Shown here in pieces: positions 40,865 through 51,387 of a stretch of DNA of 64,000 nucleotides (its first letter is position 1; every line of letters starts with the position of its first letter). Source of the stretch: an uncultured Verrucomicrobiae bacterium (GTDB lineage: Bacteria > Verrucomicrobiota > Verrucomicrobiia > Chthoniobacterales > UBA10450); NCBI GenBank assembly GCA_963756875.1, contig CAVWPA010000003.1, positions 128,001 to 192,000 of the forward strand, written 5' to 3'. The position numbers were made by a program, and so were the translations under genes. Under the pieces are notes generated by a model. It ran no database searches and was not told the DNA's origin. It was given only the letters and a program-made list of their open reading frames with translations.

Positions 40865-41248
40865 ATGATCAAAAAACTTTTACACACGCGCTACCGGGTA
40901 AAGGATCTGGAAAAGACAGTCGCGTTCTACAGAGATGTCCTTGGTTTAAGGGAAGTTCGCCGGCACACGTCGGGACGGGGATCGCAGCTGGTTTTTTTGA
41001 AAGCTCCGGAGAGCCAGGAGGAAATAGAACTTTGTAAATACGATCCGAGCGGGCCGGTCGTGGTGGGGCCCGATCTGACGCATCTTGCTTTCGAGGTGGA
41101 CGATCTGGACCGGTTCGCGCGTGAAGCGGCGGCGAAAGGCCATCCGCTCTCGGATGGACCGCATGAGTCAGCAGGAGGCAGCAGGATCGCTTTCATCGAC
41201 GCTCCTGAAGGTTACGAGGTCGAGTTGATCCAGCCCGCGAAATCGTAA
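40865..41248 (+). CDS. VOC/glyoxalase I family protein
   Basis: LHTRYRV.DLE, HLAFEV, D.P.GYEVELI. Confidence 0.85.
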   Translation: MIKKLLHTRYRVKDLEKTVAFYRDVLGLREVRRHTSGRGSQLVFLKAPESQEEIELCKYDPSGPVVVGPDLTHLAFEVDDLDRFAREAAAKGHPLSDGPHESAGGSRIAFIDAPEGYEVELIQPAKS

Positions 41249-41314
41249 CGGCCGCGTCTGTATGATGATGATCCACTTGCGCGCTGCAGGTCTTTGTCGC
41301 TAATTGGCCGGCCC

Positions 41315-42289
41315 ATGAAGCGCAGTTCTGCTCTGGTTGTTGTTGTTGTCTGTGCATTAACTCTGGCGTTCTGCTGCGCCGCCACGGCGCAGATCTATGA
41401 TCAAGACGCAAACGGCGTCCGGCCAACCGGTGTACCTAATCGGCCCGTCTTGACGCAATCGCCTTCGGTTTTGATCCCCGCTCGATCAAAGGTCAAGACG
41501 ACCAGAAGAAAAACCTCGACGCCCGCGCCCGCGGAAATTCCCGACAGAGCGCCATCAACCAACGCGAGATCGGTCATCGTCGTGGATGCCAAGAGCGGCG
41601 AAGTCTTATATCAAAAGAATGCGGACGAGCCCCGCGCGCCCGCCAGCACGGAAAAACTACTGACCGCGCTGATCGTTGCCGAGCACGGCTACCTGAACGA
41701 ACCGGTGCGCGTCGAACATGTCGACACGCTGGCGGAGCCGGTGAAGTTGAATATCAGGCCGGGCGAAGTTTATCGGCGCATCGATCTGCTGCGCGCGCTG
41801 CTGGTAAAAAGTCCAAATGATGTGGCGCGTTGTCTGGCGCGCGATAACGCGGGCAGCATCGAGGTTTTTGCGGAATTCATGAACCAGCGGGCCCGGGAAC
41901 TCGGCGCGACCCATTCCCATTTTGTGAATCCAAACGGCCTGCCTATCCCGGGCCAATATTCAACCGCGCGCGATCTGTCGACCATTGCCCGAGCCGCGTA
42001 CGCGAATCCGACCATTCGCTCAATTGTTTGCCTTCCGGAGATCGTCTTTCGTTATGCCAATGGGCGTACCCGAACTCTTGAAAACACGAACAAAGTTCTC
42101 AGGCGGCTCCCGTATTGCAATGGAATGAAAACCGGTTACACCGAAGCCGCGGGACATTGCCTGATCGCAAGCGGCTCGCGTCCGGGCCGCGACATCATTG
42201 TGGTCGTTTTGGGAGACAGCAAAGCGCATGTTTGGCGAGATGCTTCGGCGTTGCTTTCCTGGGCCCTCTGGAGCGCATCAGCCGGATGA
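41315..42289 (+). CDS. D-Ala-D-Ala carboxypeptidase (peptidase S11)
   Basis: ASTEK, SPN, KTG motifs; signal peptide. Confidence 0.9.
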   Translation: MKRSSALVVVVVCALTLAFCCAATAQIYDQDANGVRPTGVPNRPVLTQSPSVLIPARSKVKTTRRKTSTPAPAEIPDRAPSTNARSVIVVDAKSGEVLYQKNADEPRAPASTEKLLTALIVAEHGYLNEPVRVEHVDTLAEPVKLNIRPGEVYRRIDLLRALLVKSPNDVARCLARDNAGSIEVFAEFMNQRARELGATHSHFVNPNGLPIPGQYSTARDLSTIARAAYANPTIRSIVCLPEIVFRYANGRTRTLENTNKVLRRLPYCNGMKTGYTEAAGHCLIASGSRPGRDIIVVVLGDSKAHVWRDASALLSWALWSASAG

Positions 42290-43434
42290 GCGACTTATTC
42301 GCGGAGCAACTTCAGGCGCTCCGCGCGCGCGCGCTGGATCGGCACCTCCGCGAGATCGGCAGTGCACAAGGGCCAATTGTCGATCTTCCCGGCAAGCGCC
42401 TGGTCAATTTCTCTTCAAATGACTATCTGGGTCTCGCCAATGATCCCAAGTTGCGCGAGGCAGCCATCGCTGCGGTAAATGAATTCGGGGTGGGCGCGGG
42501 CGCTTCACGGTTGATCAGCGGAACGCAATCGCCACATCTGCGCCTGGAAAAAGCGCTGGCCGAATGGAAGGGAACCCAGGCCGCGCTCTGTTTCAGCAGC
42601 GGCTACGCCGCGGCAGTAGGCGCCTTGCCGGCGCTGGTGGCGAAGAGCGACGTCGTGCTGCTCGACAAATTATGTCACGCTTCTCTTATCGACGGCGCGA
42701 AGCTGAGCGGTGCAGTCCTGCGCGTCTTTCCGCACAATCACCTCGGGAAGCTTGAGAGCCATTTGGAATGGGCGCGCCACGAACATCCGGCCTCACGAAT
42801 TATCGTCGTCACCGAGTCGGTGTTTTCCATGGATGGGGACCGCGCGCCACTGCGGGATTTGATCGACTTAAAAAAGCGTTTTGGGGCGCTTTTGTTTCTC
42901 GATGAAGCCCACGCCGTCGGCGTAATCGGACCCAACGGACGTGGGCTTGCCGCGGAAGAAAATTTGACCGGCGAGGTCGACATCCAGATGGGCACACTCA
43001 GTAAGGCGCTGGGCGTCAGCGGCGGTTACATTTGCGGCCCAAGCAGTCTGATTGAATGGCTGATCAATCGCGCGCGCTCATTCATTTTCTCGACCGCACC
43101 GCCGCCCGCGCTCGCCGCAGCCGCGCTTGCAGCGCTCGATTTCGTCTCATCATCAGAGGGAGAAGAACGGCGCCGGGTTCTCTGGCGCAACATCGACTTG
43201 TTGGGCGATGCGCTCTCAACGAAGCCGGCCAGCGCCATCCTGCCGTGGATCGTAGGCGAAGAACAGGCCGCGCTCGACTTATCGAGAAATCTTCAAACGA
43301 AGGGATTTTTGGTCCCTGCGATTCGTTATCCGACCGTGGCCAAGGGCATGGCGCGTTTGCGCATTACGGTAACCGCAGCGCACGAAGAGGAACAGATTCG
43401 TTCGCTCGCTAAAGCAGTGAAACAACAGAGGTAG
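42286..43434 (+). CDS. bioF: 8-amino-7-oxononanoate synthase
   Basis: [32 protein letters not shown]. Confidence 0.92.
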   Translation: MSDLFAEQLQALRARALDRHLREIGSAQGPIVDLPGKRLVNFSSNDYLGLANDPKLREAAIAAVNEFGVGAGASRLISGTQSPHLRLEKALAEWKGTQAALCFSSGYAAAVGALPALVAKSDVVLLDKLCHASLIDGAKLSGAVLRVFPHNHLGKLESHLEWARHEHPASRIIVVTESVFSMDGDRAPLRDLIDLKKRFGALLFLDEAHAVGVIGPNGRGLAAEENLTGEVDIQMGTLSKALGVSGGYICGPSSLIEWLINRARSFIFSTAPPPALAAAALAALDFVSSSEGEERRRVLWRNIDLLGDALSTKPASAILPWIVGEEQAALDLSRNLQTKGFLVPAIRYPTVAKGMARLRITVTAAHEEEQIRSLAKAVKQQR

Positions 43435-43550
43435 AGACACCGCGCTGGGGCGTCCAGCCGGGTCCGAGCTCGCCACGGGACGAGTCCGTCCGGCTGGCGG
43501 ACCGGACTGGCACTTCAGCGCGCCGACCCTGCCAACAACCTGCTTCTAAC

Positions 43551-43817
43551 TCAGGGAGTCCGCGACGAGGCCCAGTAGCGAAGCAACGGTGTGGGCATGA
43601 GCGTCGGGTTGTGATTCACGTCGGTAGGCGCATCGGCCGGAACGTCCTCTGGGCCTTCCGCGGGTGGCGCCGGCTCCTCAGCCGCTGGCGCGGCGTTGGC
43701 GTACTTGGCCGTTAATCTTTGCTCCAACGTCTGATGTTGGGACGTGGTCATCGTGGTGGTCGAACAAGCTGAGAGCAGAGCAAGGCTGAGCAGGCAGATG
43801 GCAATTTTGATTTTCAT
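43551..43817 (-). CDS. Small lipoprotein, 88 aa
   Basis: MKIKIAICLLSLALLSAC lipobox. Confidence 0.65.
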   Translation of the reverse strand: MKIKIAICLLSLALLSACSTTTMTTSQHQTLEQRLTAKYANAAPAAEEPAPPAEGPEDVPADAPTDVNHNPTLMPTPLLRYWASSRTP

Positions 43818-44083
43818 TCGTTGAACTCCGTTATGCGGGTAAAGGGTCCGGTTTTCTTCCGGTCTCTTATAATTACTATAATCCCCCTTCGAAAGGCAAG
43901 TACTTTTTTTGGCCTGCTGGACCACCCGCACTCGCTGGTAATCAACCCTGGCAAAGCCCAGGGCTGGAACCGAAGAGCTGACCCTCACCTCCATCCTCTG
44001 TCTCAGGGAGAGGATGATCCGGCAGCCGCCGGACCAGGTGAGGCCAGGTTCAGACCACTCTCTCGAGGCAAAAATTAGCAACG

Positions 44084-44953
44084 CTAATTAAATCGCGCTA
44101 AAATCGGCCCCAGTCGCTCCCTCGTGTCAGCCGGCCAGAGCTTCTGCTCGGTCACCAAAGCCGCGTCCAATGCGGAGTGCTCGGGCCAGTTCGGCTCCTT
44201 CGGCAAACGGGGAATTATGTCCAGAATCACTTTTTTCGCGTTCTCGGCGTTGGCCATCAAATGACCGATTACCGCCTGGGCGGAGACCGGTTCCTCCTCC
44301 ACTTTCCAACAATCGTAATCGGTGATCATCGCCATGCTGGCCAGCGCGATCTCCGCTTCCCGCGCCAGCTTCGCCTCCGGGAGGTTCGTCATCCCGACCA
44401 CGTCGAAGCCGTTGCGGCGATTGAAATCCGATTCAGCCCGGCTCGAAAAGGCCGGTCCATCGATGTTTACATAAGTCCCGCCGTTGTGAACGGGGAGGCC
44501 GAGCGAACCCGCTGACTTCGCCAGGAGATTTCGCAGGTTCGTGCTAATCGGTTCCGCAAATGAAATATGGGCCACGATCCCGTCTCCAAAAAAAGTGTGA
44601 CCGGCGCACAAGCTGGTTCGATCGTAAAATTGCGACGGCAACAAAATGTCCCGTGGCGCGTATTTTTCCTGCAAACTGCCCACCGCAGTCACGCAAATGA
44701 TCCAACGCACGTTCAGCGAACGCAGCGCATAGATATTGGCCCGGTGATTCAGCTCGTGAGGTAAAATGCGGTGGCCGCGGCCGTGTCTCGGCAAAAAATA
44801 CACCTGCCGTCCGCCAAGCGTCCCGCCGATTAATGCGTCGGATGGAGAGCCGAATGGAGTATCGACGCGATGCTCGGTTGGGTCGCGCAGTTGTTCCACC
44901 TGGTACAACCCGCTCCCGCCGATGATACCGATCGCCGGAATTTTATTCTTCAT
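44084..44953 (-). CDS. mtnP: S-methyl-5'-thioadenosine phosphorylase
   Basis: IGIIGGSG, TPFG.PS, RHG.GH, VGMT, TDYDCW. Confidence 0.93.
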   Translation of the reverse strand: MKNKIPAIGIIGGSGLYQVEQLRDPTEHRVDTPFGSPSDALIGGTLGGRQVYFLPRHGRGHRILPHELNHRANIYALRSLNVRWIICVTAVGSLQEKYAPRDILLPSQFYDRTSLCAGHTFFGDGIVAHISFAEPISTNLRNLLAKSAGSLGLPVHNGGTYVNIDGPAFSSRAESDFNRRNGFDVVGMTNLPEAKLAREAEIALASMAMITDYDCWKVEEEPVSAQAVIGHLMANAENAKKVILDIIPRLPKEPNWPEHSALDAALVTEQKLWPADTRERLGPILARFN

Positions 44954-45164
44954 TTCCAAAACCTTCGGAATTAAATCCGAAATATCGTTAAGTTGAAAAG
45001 AGGATAATCTGCTTTGGCAAAATCCCCGGCAGTGTTGACCTACGCAACCGGAAACCGCTGTTGATTGGGGATTGCGCGCGTAAAACGAGAGACAACCGGA
45101 ACGCAACGAATTTTCGGTCTGTCCCTATTGTATTGGACATCACTCGTGTATTATTTCGCCGCCC

Positions 45165-46601
45165 ATGCCGACGTTCTATATAAAGACCTACGGCTGCCAG
45201 ATGAACGAGCGCGACTCGGAACAGGTCGCGCATTCGCTCGCCCTGCGCGGCTACGAGCGCGTGGAAAGCGAGGCCGAAGCCGATGTCGTGTTGCTCAATA
45301 CTTGCAGCGTCCGCGACATGGCGGACCAGAAGGCGCTCGGCAAAATGGGCATGCTTGGCCGCATTGCAAGGGAACGGCCTCACATGGTGTTCGGTTTCCT
45401 CGGTTGCATGGCCCAGACCCGCGGCAAGGCGTTGCTGGAAGGCTTGCCACACGTCGATCTTGTCGTCGGTACCCAAAAATTTCATCACGTTGCCGACTAC
45501 GTGGAACAAATTATCGCGCGAAAGAATGGAGAGGCGCTGAACGGACGCCGCAGCGCGGCGTCCCTGCCAATGGACGATCCGCGCTTCTCGATCGTCGATG
45601 TTTCGGAAGAAGGCGGCTCGCAATCGACAATCCTCGAACAAGAACTTGCGCCCCGGCAGGCAACGGCATTCGTGTCGATCATGCAGGGATGCAACATGCA
45701 TTGCACGTTTTGCATCGTTCCCCAAACGCGTGGCGCAGAGCGCAGCCGGTCAATCGCAGAAATTGTGCGCGAAGTGCGTGACCTGGTTTCGCGCGGCGTA
45801 AAGGAAGTCACACTTCTGGGCCAGATCGTGAACCTGTACGGCCGCCATGAGTTTGCTGTAACCGGAGTCGGCGATCCCAGCCGCAAAAAGAGTCCCTTTG
45901 TGCAACTCCTCGAAGCCGTCCATGAAATAGACGGCCTCGAGCGGCTTCGTTTCACTTCGCCACATCCAATTGGCTTTCGCAGCGATTTGATCGATGCCTT
46001 CGCGCGATTGCCAAAGCTGGCGGAACACGTTCACCTGCCGCTGCAATCCGGTTCGAACAAAATTTTGAGGGCGATGCACCGCGCTTACACCGTAGAAAAA
46101 TATGTCGATCTGGTGCGAAGAATCCGCCAGGCCCGGGACGGAATCGCGATGACGACCGATATCATTGTGGGGTTTCCGGGCGAAACGAAAGCCGATTACC
46201 GGCAGACCCGCGACCTGGTCGAGCAGGTCCGGTTCGATAATGCATTTGTGTTCCGCTATTCACCCCGACGCGACACGCCGGCTGCGACGATGTCCGGTCA
46301 AATTCCCGAGCGAGTGAAAGAACAGCGTAATCGCGATTTGCTTGAAGTCGTGGATGACGCGGCCCGGCGAAAGAATGAGGAACTGGTCAATCGAGAGGTC
46401 GAGATTCTTTGCGAAGGCCCCAGCAAAACAAATCCGGCGCGCCTGATGGGCCGCACACGCACAAACAAAATCGTCATCTTCGAAGGCGGCGATGAACACG
46501 TTGGGCAACTCGTCGACGTCCGGATTCAACGAGCAACCGGCTTCAGCCTTTACGGGACGCCAGTTGCGCAACCGCAAACGCCCGCGACAATCGCCGCATG
46601 A
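45165..46601 (+). CDS. miaB: tRNA-i6A37 methylthiotransferase
   Basis: TYGCQMN..DSE, NTCSVR, GCNMHCTFC, TRAM domain. Confidence 0.96.
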   Translation: MPTFYIKTYGCQMNERDSEQVAHSLALRGYERVESEAEADVVLLNTCSVRDMADQKALGKMGMLGRIARERPHMVFGFLGCMAQTRGKALLEGLPHVDLVVGTQKFHHVADYVEQIIARKNGEALNGRRSAASLPMDDPRFSIVDVSEEGGSQSTILEQELAPRQATAFVSIMQGCNMHCTFCIVPQTRGAERSRSIAEIVREVRDLVSRGVKEVTLLGQIVNLYGRHEFAVTGVGDPSRKKSPFVQLLEAVHEIDGLERLRFTSPHPIGFRSDLIDAFARLPKLAEHVHLPLQSGSNKILRAMHRAYTVEKYVDLVRRIRQARDGIAMTTDIIVGFPGETKADYRQTRDLVEQVRFDNAFVFRYSPRRDTPAATMSGQIPERVKEQRNRDLLEVVDDAARRKNEELVNREVEILCEGPSKTNPARLMGRTRTNKIVIFEGGDEHVGQLVDVRIQRATGFSLYGTPVAQPQTPATIAA

Positions 46602-47149
46602 TCTACCATTTGTCTTTGCAGGCGGCCGGAATTATCGCGGGGGCATTTCTCGTGTTGGCCGGGCTGCCGGGGTTGTTCCGACCGGAAATGGTCCAGGGCC
46701 TGGCAAAACGTCTGCCGCGCTCTCGACTCGCCGGCGTTACTTTGCTGACCATCGATCTGGTCTGGGGCTTTTGGTTGCTCTCCACAATGGAGATGGGAGA
46801 ATTCGCGAGCTTTCGCCGGCCGCTGCTTATCGCGCTGCCGGTCGGTTATTTCCTCGTCATTCGTTTCGTAGACGAGTTCATCGCCGTGCGGGCGCTTGGG
46901 ATCCTTTGCTTGCTCGCCGCCGAGCCGCTGCTCGATGCCGCTTTTTTTCGCTACGAACCGAGCCGCCTGTTTGTCACGGCTTTCGCCTACTTGCTCGTCA
47001 TTGCCGGACTTTTCTGGGTGACAATGCCGTATTTGCTGCGCGACCAGATCGGGTGGAGCGCCCGGAGCAACACCCGCTGGCGAATCGTGCATGGCGCGGC
47101 GGTTGGTTACGGCGTCGTCATTCTCGCGCTCGCGTTCACGCTATATTGA
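46598..47149 (+). CDS. Hypothetical membrane protein
   Basis: About 6 hydrophobic segments; ATGA overlap with miaB. Confidence 0.7.
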   Translation: MIYHLSLQAAGIIAGAFLVLAGLPGLFRPEMVQGLAKRLPRSRLAGVTLLTIDLVWGFWLLSTMEMGEFASFRRPLLIALPVGYFLVIRFVDEFIAVRALGILCLLAAEPLLDAAFFRYEPSRLFVTAFAYLLVIAGLFWVTMPYLLRDQIGWSARSNTRWRIVHGAAVGYGVVILALAFTLY

Positions 47150-47220
47150 CCCCGCAGCGGCCGCCCTCCCGGCGGCGCATACCGCTTTGCCGCTGAGGAC
47201 AGCGGCCCCTGCAGAAAGAG

Positions 47221-48216
47221 ATGAATCGGATTCTTGTCATTCGCGGCGGTGCCATCGGCGATTTTATTCTCACGCTGCCGGCGCTCAAGGCGCTGCGCGA
47301 CGCTCACCCGGACGCACACATCGAAGTCCTTGGCTACAAGCACGTGGCCGTGATTGCCGAGAACCGATTTTATGCGCAGGCGATCCGCTCCATCGAGTAC
47401 GGGCCGCTTTCCGGCTTTTTCGCAAACAATTCAGATCTGTCGCCAGAACTCGCCGACTATTTCTCCAGCTTCGATCTGGTCATCAGTTATCTTTACGATC
47501 CGGACAAAATTTTTGAGAACAACCTTCGACGATGCGGCGTCCAAAAAATCTTGTGCGGACCCGGGAGAATCGGCAACAACGTGCACGCAGCTGAGCAGCT
47601 TGCCGCGCCGATAAAGCAGTTGGGAATAGAAGTTGCCGATTTGTCGGCGAATTTTGTAGCGTCCGAGCAGGATCGACAGTTCGCGCACGACTTCGTTCGC
47701 AACTTACCGCATCCGATTCTCGCGATCCATCCGGGAAGCGGCAGCGACCAAAAAAATTGGCCGATCGAAAATTGGGTCCAGCTTGGGAATGACTGGCTCG
47801 GCAGGACGGGATCTTCCTTGATCGTTGTTGCGGGTGAAGCTGACGATGCGTCACGCGCACGCCTTGAACGTGAATGGGCGCACCATCAGAACGTGCGTTT
47901 CGCCAGAAACCTGCCGCTGCCTGCGCTTGCCGCCGTTCTGGAACATTCAGTTTTTATCGGACACGACGGCGGCATCTCGCATCTCGCCGCAGCCGGAGGT
48001 GCCGATTGCATTTTGCTGTTCGGTCCGACCGATCCGGAAATTTGGGCGCCGCGAAATAAAAATGTTCGGGTGATACGCAGCAACGGCGGCAAGATCGACG
48101 ATCTGCAGGTTCGAGATGTTAAAGAAGCGCTGGAAATGCTGTTGATGAAGCGCAACCAAAGCGTTTCCAGCGTGACGCGGGATGCGACGAGAGGTTCCTC
48201 GCTCCGCTCGGAATGA
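47221..48216 (+). CDS. Glycosyltransferase family 9 (LPS heptosyltransferase-like)
   Basis: RGGAIGD, HPGSG..K.WP, DGG.SHLAAA, LFGPT. Confidence 0.9.
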   Translation: MNRILVIRGGAIGDFILTLPALKALRDAHPDAHIEVLGYKHVAVIAENRFYAQAIRSIEYGPLSGFFANNSDLSPELADYFSSFDLVISYLYDPDKIFENNLRRCGVQKILCGPGRIGNNVHAAEQLAAPIKQLGIEVADLSANFVASEQDRQFAHDFVRNLPHPILAIHPGSGSDQKNWPIENWVQLGNDWLGRTGSSLIVVAGEADDASRARLEREWAHHQNVRFARNLPLPALAAVLEHSVFIGHDGGISHLAAAGGADCILLFGPTDPEIWAPRNKNVRVIRSNGGKIDDLQVRDVKEALEMLLMKRNQSVSSVTRDATRGSSLRSE

Positions 48217-48311
48217 CACGCGCGCTCCCGTGACGCGACCAAATCGCAGGGCAACCGCACCCTTTACCGATGAAAGGTCGGCAGGCGGAGCGCCCGCCCC
48301 ATAATTGATTT

Positions 48312-49409
48312 TTACGCGCTGATGCGCATGGGCATGAGCACGTACAGAAATGGTGTCTGTATTTTCAGAACGCCCGGGCTCATCTCGTCAATAAGATCCA
48401 GAAAGACTTCGTCCTCGGCGAGGTTCCGCAACGGCGCCATCAAAAACTCGGGATTGAAGGCGATCGAAAATTCGCGGCCTTTGTACTGAACGGGCAATGA
48501 TTCCTTCGCTTCGCCGACTTCCGGCGTGTTGGCAGTGATGTCGATGTTGTTCTTGGTGAAATTGAGCTTGATCGAGTTGGACTTGTCGCTGGCCAGCAAC
48601 GAAACGCGACGGAGGGAATTCAGGAATGTTTCCCGCTCCAGCGTAACGCGTTCCTTCGTTTCCGCCGGGATCACCTGTTTGTAATTTGGATAATTACCTT
48701 CGATCAATTTCGAAACGAGCAGCGTTTTGTTCAGATCGAAGGCGATTTGCCCGGAGCCGACGCTTACTTTCACGTCGCCATCGTCCGTGAGGAGCCGTTG
48801 CAGTTCGGTTACCGCCTTGGTCGGGACGATAATGTCGGTTTCGTGGCTGCGCGGAAACTCCAGCTCGATGTCCACCATGGCCAGTCTCCGGCCATCGGTC
48901 GCCACCAATATGAGCTTGTTGTCCTTAAAACTGAATAGAACGCCGTTGAGAACGTAGCGCGTTTCATCCGTCGAGATGGCGTAGGCGGTTTTGCGCAGGC
49001 CATCGCGCAAATCCTTCTGGCGCATCGTGACAATCTTGGCGTTTTCGAATTTCGGAAGGGGCGGAAATTCTTCCTCCGGCAAACCAAGAATCTTGAAGAA
49101 ACTCTGCCCGCTGCGGATGGAAGCGGTATTCTTCCCATCCACATCGACCTGGATTTCGCTGGAGGGCAGCTCGCGTACGATATTGAAAAGACGCCGGGCC
49201 GGCAGGGTAGTCGCACCTTCTTTTTCCACCTGAGCTTCGAAACTTCCGCGCACGCCGACGTCGAGGTCGGTGGTGGTGAGATGCACTTCGCCGCCGTTTG
49301 CCTGGAGCAGCACGTTCGAAAGGATGGGCAACGTCGTTCGTGTACTGACTACATTTTGAACCTGTTGCAGGCCTTCGAGCAGTTTTTCTTTCGTAGCGAT
49401 AAATTTCAT
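48312..49409 (-). CDS. dnaN: DNA polymerase III beta clamp
   Basis: TLPILSN, ATDGRRL, YVLMPMR. Confidence 0.97.
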   Translation of the reverse strand: MKFIATKEKLLEGLQQVQNVVSTRTTLPILSNVLLQANGGEVHLTTTDLDVGVRGSFEAQVEKEGATTLPARRLFNIVRELPSSEIQVDVDGKNTASIRSGQSFFKILGLPEEEFPPLPKFENAKIVTMRQKDLRDGLRKTAYAISTDETRYVLNGVLFSFKDNKLILVATDGRRLAMVDIELEFPRSHETDIIVPTKAVTELQRLLTDDGDVKVSVGSGQIAFDLNKTLLVSKLIEGNYPNYKQVIPAETKERVTLERETFLNSLRRVSLLASDKSNSIKLNFTKNNIDITANTPEVGEAKESLPVQYKGREFSIAFNPEFLMAPLRNLAEDEVFLDLIDEMSPGVLKIQTPFLYVLMPMRISA

Positions 49410-49497
49410 AACGAGAGAAGCGCCTAAGATGTAAAGCCTCCGATTTTATTCGGCAACCGTAAAGTCACATCGGGCAGCTGGGATGGCAGTTGCACTC

Positions 49498-50853
49498 TCA
49501 GCGTTGTAGCGAGCTGTCGATAAAGGAAACGGTCTGGCGAACGTTGTCTTCATCCTTCATCCTCCTCTTCACCAGCTTGCAGGCGTGCAAGACCGTGCCG
49601 TGATCGCGTCCGCCAAACGCATCGCCAATTTCGTTGAGCGACATTTTGGTCAGCTCGCGCGCAAGGTACATCGCCACCTGGCGCGGGAAAGCGATATTGG
49701 CCGGGCGACGTTTGCTTGTCATGTCGGCCAGGCGCACGTCGAAATGCTCCGCCACGCGCCGTTGGATTTGCTCGATGGTAACGGAGTGTCGCGCCTCCTC
49801 CTGCAGAATGTCCTTTAAAAGACGCTCGATGACGTCACGCGTGAGCTCCTTGCCGCTGATTGAAGCGAAAGAGGCCACGCGCAGCAGCGCCCCCTCCAGG
49901 CGACGCACGTTGGTGCGAATGCGGTTCGCCAGAAATTCAAAAACTTCGTCCGGCAATTTCACCTGCATCGTGCGCGCTTTCTTCCGAAGAATCGCAAGGC
50001 GCGTCTCAACGTCCGGCGGCTGAAGCTCGGCCGTCAGTCCCCATTCAAAGCGGGAGACCAGCCGTTGCTCGAGATTGGCAATTTCGGACGCCGGACGATC
50101 GCTCGAGAGCACAATCTGTTTATGTCCGTCGAAGAGGGTGTTGAACGTGTGAAAAAATTCCTCCTGCGAACGTTCCTTGCCGCTTAGGAACTGGATGTCG
50201 TCGATGAGCAAAAGATCGGCCTGTCGGTAGCGTTTGCGAAACTTGACCAGATTACTGTGCTGGATGGCGTCGATGAATTCGTTAATGAAAAGCTCGCTCG
50301 AGAGATAAATGACCTTCGTATTTTTCTTTTTCGCCAGGACATACTGTCCGATTGCCTGCATCAGGTGCGTCTTGCCCAGGCCGACGCCGCCATAAACAAA
50401 AAGCGGGTTGTAGGTTCGCGCAGGTGCTTGCGCCACGGCCAGGCTCGCCGCATGCGCGATCTCGTTGTTCGGGCCAACGACGAAAGATTCGAATGTATTG
50501 CGCGGATTCAGCCCAGGAGCGGCACCAGAGGATTTGTTCGCGCGAACCGGGTCCGGTGTTTTCAGGGCGCTCGTTTTCTCAGGAATGAGCTCGCCCATCG
50601 GCTCGGACGGCGAAACGAATTTTACCTCGCGCGGTCCGCCAAAAACGTCGGCGATGGCTGTCTGTAATGCGGCCATATGGTTACTCTCAATCCAGTATTG
50701 GTAGATGTTGTTAGGGACACGAAAGGTAAAGGCGTCCTCAGATGCGTCGACTAATTCGAGGGCGGAAAACCAGCGCTTAAATGTGTCGCTGCTGACCTGC
50801 GGCTGTAATGCCGAGGACAGTTTCTGCCAAAGCTCCGCACACTTTTCGTCCAT
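49498..50853 (-). CDS. dnaA: Chromosomal replication initiator
   Basis: YNPLF.YGGVGLGKTHL, DDIQF, GGRDHGTV; start placed at MDEKC. Confidence 0.97.
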   Translation of the reverse strand: MDEKCAELWQKLSSALQPQVSSDTFKRWFSALELVDASEDAFTFRVPNNIYQYWIESNHMAALQTAIADVFGGPREVKFVSPSEPMGELIPEKTSALKTPDPVRANKSSGAAPGLNPRNTFESFVVGPNNEIAHAASLAVAQAPARTYNPLFVYGGVGLGKTHLMQAIGQYVLAKKKNTKVIYLSSELFINEFIDAIQHSNLVKFRKRYRQADLLLIDDIQFLSGKERSQEEFFHTFNTLFDGHKQIVLSSDRPASEIANLEQRLVSRFEWGLTAELQPPDVETRLAILRKKARTMQVKLPDEVFEFLANRIRTNVRRLEGALLRVASFASISGKELTRDVIERLLKDILQEEARHSVTIEQIQRRVAEHFDVRLADMTSKRRPANIAFPRQVAMYLARELTKMSLNEIGDAFGGRDHGTVLHACKLVKRRMKDEDNVRQTVSFIDSSLQR

Positions 50854-51380
50854 ACTTGTTAACAGCGTTACACAATTGCCACAAAGGCGCGCAACGAGGG
50901 GAAATGGCTCGTGAATGCCGCGTTGCACCATGGCTGGCAAGTGCGATAGGTAGCTGGGAAATGGCTCAAAAAATTGCGCAAATCACGGAAATACGAGGGG
51001 AAATCCGCCTTTGCGCATCGCAGACATTGCGCGCTCGCGGCAAGATCAAGATATTGTCCAGAGAGGCGCGTCAGTAGGGTCAAGGCATCGGTCATTCTCA
51101 CGAATCAATTTTTCTCAGAAATGTTCACATCTTATTCACATCCCGTCCGTTTTCTCCCTGCCAGCGGCTCGAGATTAGAAACCGCGTGCGGAATCGACAA
51201 GACAAAATCTGAATTTTATTTTCGCGCGCTGATAAAAAAATCTTGACTGAAAAAGCAATTGGATATCGCCCCAAGCACGCGGCAGTAAAACGGTGAACGC
51301 GTACACGCAGACGAGTCGAAAGACTCCGGTAAGTTGACCAGGTTTGGGCATGCGCACATTTTTTTCTGCCAATAAATCGC
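50854..51380. promoter_or_regulatory. dnaA upstream region, candidate oriC
   Basis: AT-richer non-coding gap; TTATTCACA at 51132-51140 next to degenerate ATGTTCACA at 51121-51129. Confidence 0.45.
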
Positions 51381-51387
51381 CGTGACC

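Noticed and set aside
43870..44075. Possible riboswitch or ncRNA between the lipoprotein gene and mtnP
   Set aside because: No aptamer consensus recognised. The ccctcacc...gggagagg..ggtgagg segment looks like another REP-type repeat.
51240..51360. Possible rpmH or other small ribosomal protein gene next to dnaA
   Set aside because: No open frame with a recognisable L34 or S20 sequence.
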